64,000 nucleotides of DNA. It comes from Verrucomicrobiales bacterium. GTDB taxonomy: Bacteria > Verrucomicrobiota > Verrucomicrobiia > Verrucomicrobiales > SLCJ01. The first letter of the stretch is position 1, and the number at the start of each line of letters is the position of its first letter. Where the stretch lies: positions 1-64,000 of the forward strand of contig JBJTQJ010000031.1 of NCBI GenBank assembly GCA_046075565.1. The letters run 5' to 3'. Under the pieces are notes generated by a model that did no database searches, had not been told where the DNA came from, and was given only the letters and a program-made list of their open reading frames with translations. The position numbers and the translations under genes are program-made. This document shows positions 41,490 to 50,400 of the stretch, in pieces.

Positions 41490-42251
41490 TCAGGAATCTG
41501 CCAGCGTAGAGCCCGGTGGCTCATGCCTCGAGCGTCGTGGCCGCTGGAAGAGATAAGTGGATCCGGCAAAAATCAACGTCAAGAGAAGCAAGCACGTCGC
41601 TGCTCCGAAGCCATAAAGTCCGAATACGGCGACTATGTTCAGTGGGTCGAGAGCTTCCCCGACAACTGCCTCCTTTGTGTGGGTGCTGTGCGAATGGACG
41701 TATGCCAAGCGAGCAAGACAAAGTCCGAACAATGTCAGGCTAACACAAATGAGTTTTATCAGTGCTATGCGGCACTCGGCAGCCCCTGGATATTTGAAGG
41801 TGATCTGGAGGCAAATCAATCCCCAACCCTCTTGAGAGAACCGGTGGGTATGGTTCTTAACGGCCCCGGGCTTCAGGTCGACTCGCTTCTCAAGAACAAA
41901 GACATTCGCCTCCGGGTAGTAGATCGAATAGTAGAAAAACTTCCGGCCCTGACCGGGAGTGTAATCAATATCCTCGCGAAGTGCTTGAAGCGTTGGGAAT
42001 ATCTTCGTGGGCTGATCAAAGCCGGAATAGGCTTCCTTAACGATTGGACCGCCCGATGCGAATATCGACGTCAGCACTTCATCTATTTGCGATTCAGAAA
42101 TGGTCTTTGTTGTCTGCATCTTTTTTACCGAACAGTCTTTATTCGTGTCCTCCCGCCGGATGATATCAAGCGGGGATTCTTCCGACATCGAATGCAAAAA
42201 CCGATTGGAAATCAGTGAGTTTTTTTTGGCCAAAGTGCGTATATCAGGCAT
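41490..42251 (-). CDS. Lower-GC hypothetical protein, probably a chimeric or truncated gene
   Basis: Soluble domain (EAYS...HTHRFSQEGWGLICLQ) switching abruptly to two hydrophobic segments; atypical composition. Confidence 0.45.
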   Translation of the reverse strand: MPDIRTLAKKNSLISNRFLHSMSEESPLDIIRREDTNKDCSVKKMQTTKTISESQIDEVLTSIFASGGPIVKEAYSGFDQPTKIFPTLQALREDIDYTPGQGRKFFYYSIYYPEANVFVLEKRVDLKPGAVKNHTHRFSQEGWGLICLQITFKYPGAAECRIALIKLICVSLTLFGLCLARLAYVHSHSTHTKEAVVGEALDPLNIVAVFGLYGFGAATCLLLLTLIFAGSTYLFQRPRRSRHEPPGSTLADS

Positions 42252-42495
42252 CCTGCTGTTGAGGCCAGGTTTGGTCGAGTGCGCGGCTGATATCAGGAGT
42301 CAGGGGACAGGAGGCCGATGTCGTTCTTTTCCCCATCCGTGGTCATCCGTGAAATCTGTGGTTCCTCAAGTCTCCGGGTTTGTCATTCCACATCCATCCG
42401 GCAGCTGGCTCTACCGCGCGAGTTTCGGCCGAGGCACTTCGTGACCTCAGCCCTCCGGTGTTTCCAATGCCATCAGCTTCACGAGCAACCCAATC

Positions 42496-43995
42496 TTATT
42501 CTTCTTCGCTGCCGCCGAGGGTGACGTTGATGTTGTAGGCGTTCTGGAGGTGGGCGTGGGCCTTGCTGGCTTGGCCGGATTTCGGGTAGCGTTTGCAGGT
42601 GAGCTGGAACGTGCGGATGGCACTTTCCTTGTCCTTGGCTTCCTCGTGGGTGAAACCGATTTGCAATGATGCCTCGGGGGCCGAAGCATCGACGACCTTG
42701 CACTGGTTGTAGAGCACGATGGCCTCGGCGGTTTCGCCGAGTTTGCGGTGGCAGGCGGCCATGCGGAAGTAACTGTCCGGGAACCGGTCGCTCTGACGGT
42801 AGGTGGCGATGGCTTTTTTCCAGTCGGCGAGCTTTTCATAACATCCGGCAATGGCCCAGAGGTATTCGCCGACGTTGTTTCCATCAAGATCGATCAGCTC
42901 GCGGTAGGCGGTGATGGCTTCGGCGGTTTTGCCTTCTTCCAGCAGCATCGCGATCAGATTCTTGCGTCCGGCGACCACATCCTTGAACTGACCGTAAATC
43001 CGGCGGGCCTCATCGCGTTTTTCCCGCTTTTTGCACCACTCCGCCATGCGTCCCAACAATCCGTCGTCGTTGCCAAAACGCTTACCGATTTCCTCATACA
43101 ATGCCCATGTCTCGGACGGCCGCCCGAGGGAGGAATTTAGATCGGCGGCGCGGTAAAGAAGGTCCTTCGCGATATCCGGTCGGGCGGCGCCCTCCGTGCG
43201 CAAGGTGTCGAGCAATTGGTCGGCGAGTTTGAGCGCGGCATTCCGTGTGCCGGGTTCCTTGAGCAGGTGTTCGACCGTTTTGGTGGACATGCCATAGACG
43301 GCATCGAAGAGCTCGGGTCCGCTGTAACTGGTGGCGAGGGCCTTTTTTCCATCGTCGAGCCGCTGGGCGAAAAAATGGAGTTGGGCGAGTTCCCGGCTGG
43401 CCTCCAAACAGGTCGCTTTGGAGGACTCCGTCCGTTTCACCTTGTAGGTGAGATCATTGAGCAACGAGAGTTTTTCCGCCTCATCCTGGTGGAGACGGGC
43501 ATAGTGGAGCAGGTCGGTCCGCGAACGGATGGCAATCTCGTGCTCAGGGTATTCCTTGACCAGAAAACGGAACGCGTCCTGCGCCTTCTTGACTTCGCCC
43601 ATCTTGCGGTAGGCATCGGCAATGCAGTAGGCGGCCAACGTGGCTTCGTGGGATTCCGGCCAGTAGTCAATGACCGATTGGAAGCCCTCGCGCAGGGCGG
43701 TTTCGGGCTTCTTGAGGTGCATCATGCTGTGGCTCCACATCAATTGCGCGTAGGGCGCGCCGGGGCTCTTTTCGTAAAGGGTCAGGAACTTCTCGTATTC
43801 GGCCAGCGCAGTCTTGAAGTCGCCATTGGTGTAGAGCTTTTCCGCGATCCGGAGCTGATAGCGCTCGACCTCTCGCATCTTTTCAAAGGTCGGCACCTGG
43901 ATCTGTTCGAGCGGGGATAGCCCGGCGAAAAGGCATGCGCCTTGCCCCATGCTCCACAGGGCGGTCAACAGGGCGATGACAATGGGCTTTTTCAT
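42496..43995 (-). CDS. Exported TPR protein (last gene of the envelope operon)
   Basis: Signal peptide MKKPIVIALL; repeated YPxS/WPES-type TPR turns; ATGA overlap with the upstream gene. Confidence 0.85.
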   Translation of the reverse strand: MKKPIVIALLTALWSMGQGACLFAGLSPLEQIQVPTFEKMREVERYQLRIAEKLYTNGDFKTALAEYEKFLTLYEKSPGAPYAQLMWSHSMMHLKKPETALREGFQSVIDYWPESHEATLAAYCIADAYRKMGEVKKAQDAFRFLVKEYPEHEIAIRSRTDLLHYARLHQDEAEKLSLLNDLTYKVKRTESSKATCLEASRELAQLHFFAQRLDDGKKALATSYSGPELFDAVYGMSTKTVEHLLKEPGTRNAALKLADQLLDTLRTEGAARPDIAKDLLYRAADLNSSLGRPSETWALYEEIGKRFGNDDGLLGRMAEWCKKREKRDEARRIYGQFKDVVAGRKNLIAMLLEEGKTAEAITAYRELIDLDGNNVGEYLWAIAGCYEKLADWKKAIATYRQSDRFPDSYFRMAACHRKLGETAEAIVLYNQCKVVDASAPEASLQIGFTHEEAKDKESAIRTFQLTCKRYPKSGQASKAHAHLQNAYNINVTLGGSEEE

Positions 43996-45410
43996 TTCGC
44001 GGTGGCGGCGAGCCATTTGTTGTATTCGGCGTGGGCGTAATGGATGATGTTCACTCCGAGTTGGTAGCAGGATTCCCAGACTTCGTGGGGCACGCCGGAA
44101 TGTCCGTCCGCCCACGCGTCGCCAATGTCGCCCGGATGATAATACACGGCAAGGCGCCCGTCCACCACCCAGCCGAGGGCATTGGAGCGACCATGGGGGG
44201 CGACAATCGGCAGGCGTGGCAATGGATAAGGCACGCGGTGGATTGGGTGATCGAGATAGACCGAGATGGGCTCCACCCGTGGGAGAATCTTCGCCATCAT
44301 GCCGACGAACTGCCCTTCCCAGCCGGAGCTGCCGCCATTGTCGCCGAACAACATGCCGTGGTGTTCCAGCAGGTAGGTGCGCAGGATTTTAATCTCGGCA
44401 TCGCTCACGTTGATGTTCCGCTGGCCGGTCATATAAACCATCGGCGGGCTCTTGCGGGGCGGGAAAGTTTTCAGCCGCGCGATGGCCATCGGCTCCGGGC
44501 GATCGCTGACCTGATGACCGAGGCGCACACCGTATTCGGTCAGCAGGTTGAGATCCGCCCCGCGGGCCATGTCTTGATCCCAATCTCCGCCGTCGTAGAT
44601 CAAACGGATGAAGCGGACCTTGCCGCGCGGCGAACCGCGTGAAAATCCCGCGCCCTCGCCCAGCCCCTGGCCGATCTGATAAAGGTGTTCGGTCACTTCC
44701 AGCACGTTGAGCTTCACGTCATCGATGGGCGGCGGATTGAACAAGATGCTGCTGTAGGGATTGATGACGTATTTCTTTTTGATGACCTTCTGGATTTGCA
44801 CCACCTGCTTGAGTTGCTTGACCTCGCCTCCGCCCAACGGGGACTCGTAGATGGAACAACCGGTGAGCCTCGTGAGGATGAGCAACACGCAGCCGAAGAG
44901 AAAGCTATAGGTGACGACGGTGAAAACCGACTGGCGGAGTTTGCGGCTGTTACGTCCGAAATACCATGCCGCCAATTGGCGCGGATCCCATACCCGCTTC
45001 GTGGTGTCCGGAGGTTTGGCGCGTTTGGTTTCCCTTTCAATCCACCACACCGCCCAGGCGAGACCGATGAAGAATGCAATCACCGTCCCGGCCGTGGTGA
45101 TGCCGTCTGCCATCCCGTAGGATGACCACAGCAATGGCAAATGGGCGGCGAGTTGCCAGAGCGGGAAGTAACATGCGGTCAAGACGGCGCGGAAAACGAT
45201 GGGCGGGCCGGACCGCCAGCGCCGCAGCCAATAGAAACAAACGGGAAGGGCCGCCACAAAGCCGATCGCTTGCCCACCGGGCGAAAAAAAATAGAACACG
45301 TGGGCATCGAGCCAAAACAAACACCAGATCACGGCGGCAATCCCCGTCAGCACGACCGGACGGCGGACGTGATGCGCCAAGAATTGCCTGAACCGGGATC
45401 CATCCATCAC
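43992..45410 (-). CDS. Polytopic membrane protein with C-terminal DUF4159 domain
   Basis: About 5 N-terminal TMs; RFIRLIYDGGDWDQ, PMVYMTG, LRTYLLEHHGMLFGD, HPIH, GDIGDAW, LGVNIIHYA. Confidence 0.8.
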   Translation of the reverse strand: MMDGSRFRQFLAHHVRRPVVLTGIAAVIWCLFWLDAHVFYFFSPGGQAIGFVAALPVCFYWLRRWRSGPPIVFRAVLTACYFPLWQLAAHLPLLWSSYGMADGITTAGTVIAFFIGLAWAVWWIERETKRAKPPDTTKRVWDPRQLAAWYFGRNSRKLRQSVFTVVTYSFLFGCVLLILTRLTGCSIYESPLGGGEVKQLKQVVQIQKVIKKKYVINPYSSILFNPPPIDDVKLNVLEVTEHLYQIGQGLGEGAGFSRGSPRGKVRFIRLIYDGGDWDQDMARGADLNLLTEYGVRLGHQVSDRPEPMAIARLKTFPPRKSPPMVYMTGQRNINVSDAEIKILRTYLLEHHGMLFGDNGGSSGWEGQFVGMMAKILPRVEPISVYLDHPIHRVPYPLPRLPIVAPHGRSNALGWVVDGRLAVYYHPGDIGDAWADGHSGVPHEVWESCYQLGVNIIHYAHAEYNKWLAATAK

Positions 45411-45892
45411 TCGAGGTCCTTCAGGAAATCATCGGTCCGGCTCTCAAGCGGGTTCTTATCCGGAGGAGCGGAAATTTCCCCGCCGATGCCGAGATTGGAA
45501 AGCGCATCGGCCGACGGGGCTGCGGGCTTGACTTCGGCGGGCGGGGTTTCGGGAGCGGCTGGAACCGTGGGCTGCGCCGGGGCTGCCGGGACGGTCGCGG
45601 CTGCGGGTTGCGCGGCGACTGGCGCTTCATCCTTGGCGAGGAAATAGGGGATGGCGGTGAAGATGAGAATCGTGCCCGCAATCAGGGCGGTGGAAAGACC
45701 AAGGCAGCGGACGAGTTGGCTACCGGCGACAATCCCGAGCATTTCCTGCGGGCTTTTGCCTTTGAGTTCGCGCAGGAAGGCCTGCAACTCGGCCATGGTC
45801 TCACGGGAGTTGTTCCGCATCTCGCGCATGTCCGCCGTGGCGCTGGCGAGGGCACTTCGTTTGGCGGCCGGTTTCTCGGGTTGGATTTTCAT
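45407..45892 (-). CDS. Single-pass membrane protein with Pro/Ala-rich linker
   Basis: Amphipathic N-terminus (ELQAFLRELKGKSPQEMLG), one TM, AAPAQP-rich stretch, C-terminal NPLESRTDDFLKDLE. Confidence 0.75.
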   Translation of the reverse strand: MKIQPEKPAAKRSALASATADMREMRNNSRETMAELQAFLRELKGKSPQEMLGIVAGSQLVRCLGLSTALIAGTILIFTAIPYFLAKDEAPVAAQPAAATVPAAPAQPTVPAAPETPPAEVKPAAPSADALSNLGIGGEISAPPDKNPLESRTDDFLKDLE

Positions 45893-45902
45893 GACGTGGG
45901 AT

Positions 45903-46304
45903 TCACTCTTCGGGTTCAAGGATGTGGATCAAATCACCGCCGGCTTCGGCGATGGCGGCGATGACCGGTTCAAAATGGGTGGCTTTGGCTTCGCGGTGGA
46001 CCTTGAGGAACACATGACGTTGTCCGGCTGGGGTATCGCCGAGGATGGCGTTCAGCGCGGCGGCCAGTTCGGCGGGAGTGGTCTCCTTGCCATCGAGATA
46101 GGTTTTGAATCCGGTGTCGATGGTGACACTGGCCCGCGGCGCGGCGACCATTTCCACCTCCTTGAGTTTGGCCGGTTGCCACTGGATGTGGCTGTCGTCC
46201 TGCGCCCGGGCGAGGATGACAAAGAAGATCAACAAAAGAAACGCGATGTCCCCCATGGCGAAGGTGGGAATCGACGCGGTCAATTGTTTGCGCGGAAGTT
46301 TCAT
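45903..46304 (-). CDS. ExbD/TolR family protein (second paralogue)
   Basis: IPTFAMGDIAFLLLIFFVI with the conserved TM Asp. Confidence 0.9.
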   Translation of the reverse strand: MKLPRKQLTASIPTFAMGDIAFLLLIFFVILARAQDDSHIQWQPAKLKEVEMVAAPRASVTIDTGFKTYLDGKETTPAELAAALNAILGDTPAGQRHVFLKVHREAKATHFEPVIAAIAEAGGDLIHILEPEE

Positions 46305-46723
46305 TCGACGTTGATGGTTTCCTTCGATTCAAGTTCCAGAGTCAGGATGCCGCCCGCTTGGTCAATGACCTGCGAGACCTGCATCCACCTCGGATAAGGA
46401 GTCTCCGGTGAACTTTTGACCACCACGATGCGGTCCTCCTCGCGGGACTTTTGTTTGAGTTCGGCGGCGAGGCGGGTAGCGAATTCCGGGAGTTGCAGCG
46501 GGTTGCCGTTGAGCACGATGCTGCTGGGCGTGATTGAGACCTCGAGGTTCTGGCTTTGGTCGCGCTTTTCGGCTTTGGCTTCGGTCTTCGGGAGGGTCTG
46601 CGGCACGCCGGTCTCCGGCTGCACGGCCGCGCAAACCAGGAAAAAGATGATCAAGGTAAAGGCGATGTCCGAGCTGGCGCAGCCCGGCGGATCGACCAAG
46701 AGGGTGCCGCGTTTCAGTTTCAT
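46301..46723 (-). CDS. ExbD/TolR family protein (first paralogue)
   Basis: ASSDIAFTLIIFFLV with the conserved TM Asp; VVVKSSPETPYPRWMQV periplasmic domain. Confidence 0.9.
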   Translation of the reverse strand: MKLKRGTLLVDPPGCASSDIAFTLIIFFLVCAAVQPETGVPQTLPKTEAKAEKRDQSQNLEVSITPSSIVLNGNPLQLPEFATRLAAELKQKSREEDRIVVVKSSPETPYPRWMQVSQVIDQAGGILTLELESKETINVE

Positions 46724-47439
46724 GGTTCGCGTGACTTGATGGTCATTCGGAGGGTGACAACTTCGATCATTTCGGCGGCGGAGCTTTCCACCTGCAGGAC
46801 GAACTCATTGATGATACCGGTGAAATAGTTGAAGGCCATGTAGGCCGGAATACCGACAATCAAGCCGAAGGCGGTGGTGAGCAGCGCGACCCGGATCCCG
46901 GCGGCAGCAGCCACCACGATGTTCTGCTGGCCGATATTCGCCTCGATGTCCCCGAAGGCGACGATCATGCCCTGCACGGTGCCGAGGAATCCGAGCATCG
47001 GCGCGACCGACGCGATGGTCGCGAGGATGGGCAGGTGTTTTTCCAAGGCGGCGACGATGTGCACACCGCAATTTTCCATGCTTTTGATCACCTGTTGTTC
47101 GAGTTGGGCGGGATCGTAGTCGAGGCGGCGCAGCACGAGATACTTGCGCAGGCCGTTGGAAAGCACGGCCGGCACGGGGCCGCGGGCGGCATCACACAGT
47201 TCGAGGGATTCCTCAATCCGATCTTCGGATAACAACGTGACAACCTGTTCGCGGAGCGCGGAAGAATCCGTTCCCAACATTTTCAGACTGCGGTAGCGTT
47301 CGATGACCACGGCAAGTCCGAGGATGAGCAGGAGGAGGATCGGCCACATGAAAATCCCGCCTTCCAGCAGGTGTTTCATGGCACCGCTTTCGAAAAATCC
47401 GGCGGCAAGGGTGGATGGAATGGGAAGATTCATGATCAT
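46720..47439 (-). CDS. MotA/TolQ/ExbB proton channel protein
   Basis: GGIFMWPI, LATIASVAPMLGFLGTVQGMI, GIRVALLTTAFGLIVGIP. Confidence 0.95.
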   Translation of the reverse strand: MIMNLPIPSTLAAGFFESGAMKHLLEGGIFMWPILLLLILGLAVVIERYRSLKMLGTDSSALREQVVTLLSEDRIEESLELCDAARGPVPAVLSNGLRKYLVLRRLDYDPAQLEQQVIKSMENCGVHIVAALEKHLPILATIASVAPMLGFLGTVQGMIVAFGDIEANIGQQNIVVAAAAGIRVALLTTAFGLIVGIPAYMAFNYFTGIINEFVLQVESSAAEMIEVVTLRMTIKSREP

Positions 47440-50400
47440 TCGTTGAGATTCGCCTCGCGGTCGAACTGGTTGAGCAACTCCGGCAGGGCGAGGCGGCCGC
47501 GAGAGTATTTGGCGGCGTCGCTTTCGGGGAAATCCCAACGGCAGCGGTTGTAGCGCCGGAACGCGTTCGGGATATCCTTGCCCATACGGTAGCTTTCCCC
47601 CGCCCAGAACAACGCCTGCGCGGTGAGTTCTTGTTCGGGATAACGTTTCACGAAGGCATCAAAGGCGGAACCGGCCTTGATGAATTCATCCATCTTGTAG
47701 TGGCATTGCCCGATGCGGAACGCCATCTTGGGCGCCCATTCGTGGTTGGGGAAACGTTCGACAAACTTGATGCCGACCGTGGCTGCGACAGCAAAGTCTT
47801 CTTTCACATAAAAATGCTCGTTGATACGCAGCATGACATTGGCGATCAGCGGGCTCTTCGGATAAGTGGCGGCGAGAGTCACGTAGGATTCGAGAGCTTC
47901 GTCCAACTCACCCGCCTCTTCATGGCATTGGCCGAGCTTGTAGAGTGCGTCGGGCGCGAGATTGTGTTCCGGATAGTTGCTCACGATGGATCCGTAGGCG
48001 GCGATGGCATCGTTCCAATCCTTGGTCTCCTGGGCGAATTGGCCCAACAGATAGGAAACCCGGGGTTTGTATTTCGGATCGGGATGATCCTCGTGGAGTT
48101 CGCGCAACACGCGCTTGCCGGCATTGAGGGCGGCCGTGGACTCCTCTTCGTTGTCGAGTTTCCGCTGGCCTTTGAAAAGCTCGAAGTAGCTTTCGGCAAT
48201 GTGGAAACGGGTTTGCGTGGCCAGCTCCTCGTCCTTGAAGACCTTGCTGAAGGCGGAGAATTGGCCATCGGTGCCGACTGCGAGGGGGATTTCGATTTTT
48301 AGGATGGTTTGTCCGTCCTCGGTGTGCGGGACGTTGTCGAGATAGCCGACGGTCAGCGCATCCCCGAAAAAGCACTCGATGCCGCCCTCGAAGTTGGCCG
48401 GCTTGGGGGCGGAGGAGGCGATGAGTGGAAACGCGCCGCTGAAAATCCCGCTGTGGCTGACGGTTTCCTCCAGTTCGACCGTTTCATCTTCTCCGGAGGA
48501 AGTCATGATCCTGACCATCGCCTTGTCGCGCTGGTCGGAAAGATCGCGATCCGGATCCTCCAAGAGGATGAAAAGTTTTTTCCCGACATACCCGGTGTCC
48601 ACATCCTCGGCATACCCGCTATCGGTGATGCGCAAGGTCGCGGCCGAACGGAGGGTGGCCTTGGCATCCAGGGTGGCCTCTTTTCCATCCGGGCGCGAGA
48701 CATCCTGGTAGCTCGCGGTCAGGGTATCGGCTCCGGTGACATTGAGCACGCGCATGCCGGGAAGCGCGGTGGCGGTGGCGCTGATAGCCGCGCCTTCAAC
48801 CGGCACCGTGGCCGGGCTTTCGATGCCTCCGAGCATCAGGGGAATCCGGCCAACAAACCGGCCTTCCAACAAGGCGGGATTGGGAGCATCATCCAGCGTG
48901 GCATTCGGCGGAGCGTGGTCACGAGAGAGGAAACAACGGATACGAGACTTGGTTCCCTGGGTGGTGGTGACATCGATGCTCACCTCACTGCGCGAGTTCT
49001 TCGCCTCGTCGGGGTCAATCACTTCGATGGTCAGGGGCAGCCGGTAATCCACCGTGGCCACGTGGTCTTTCGCGGGCGTGGTCATCACCGGAGAAAATGC
49101 TGGTGGTCCGCCGAAGGGCTTTTGACTTTCCACTATCTGGATGATGGCCTCGGTCGGTTCATTGATTAGAACCACGGCCTCACGCGGGGAGGCATGGCCG
49201 GGGAAAATATTCTGCCGGTCGGTGTAGCGCAGATAAAGCTTGTCGCCGCGCTTCACCGCGATTTTGCCTTCGGTTGCTGCATTGGCCGTTTCGATTTCGG
49301 CGGTGAAGACTCCCGTCGAGGGGCCGGTTTCGACGGCGGTAAGCTTGATGGGAGCATCGGCATTCACCTGCACTTCCACCTCCACCGAGTCGCGGTCGAG
49401 GCCGATGTCCAAATCAAAATCAGTCACTTCCGCGACGATGCGCTCGCCGGGTTCGAAGCGCAGTAGTTCCTTGCGGGAACCCTGGACCGAGCCGTCGCCG
49501 GCGCGGTTGAAACCATAGGTGATCGGAACCATGGTCCCGTTGTGATAGGTGGCCGTGAGGTCTTTGGTCAGCAGGCGGTTGCGCTGGCGTCCCCCGGCAG
49601 TGATTTCGTCCAGATAGGAGACCGTAACGGTGTCGCCCGGCGCGAGTTCAAGGATGTTGTTGCCGGCCAGCTCGAGCACATCCTCCGCCGGCGGAGTGTG
49701 GCGCTTGCCTCCGCCCTCAACCTGCACGTTGCTCACCGCGATCGATTCACCGCGGTATTCGAGGAATTCGAAATCGATGAAGCGCAGCGGGCGCGAAGGC
49801 ATCGAGAAACTCCATGTGTTGGCTTCCTTTTTGATTCCCGAGGACGATTGTGGGGCAGCTTCTGTTAGGCCGAGCACGGCGGCGACGTCAAAATCCGCCG
49901 CGCTGAAAGGTAGCATTTTCACCGCCGATGACTGGCGGCTTTCCCGGGCGCGCTGGGCTTCGACCGCCTTGGTGGCGGGGGTGGCGAGTGAAAAGATAGT
50001 CAACTCGTGCGAGCCTCGTCCAAGGAACACATCAACCGTGCGCCCATCCTCGCCAAGCGGAAGCTCCAACTTGCCGTCGAGCATTATGGCGGATTTTGCA
50101 CCAGTGACCCCGAGGCGCACGGCGCCATCGCGTTCCTGGACGAAGGAACCGGACCAGACGAGGAAGTGGGCGTCCGTGTTGTTTTCGGGAGCTTGCCATG
50201 CCAATCCATCGACCTTGCGCGTTTCCGTTGGCTCGGACTTGAGAACAAGTTCGGCGATCTGCTCCCAGGTGTAGGACTCCCGCAATTCCTTCGCGGGTAT
50301 CTTGTAAATGCGGAGCTGCATTTGCTTGTCGGCGAATGTGATCCGCTTTTCCGCCGGGGCGGGGGGGAATTCATCGAGAAGATACCAATACCTTCCGTCA

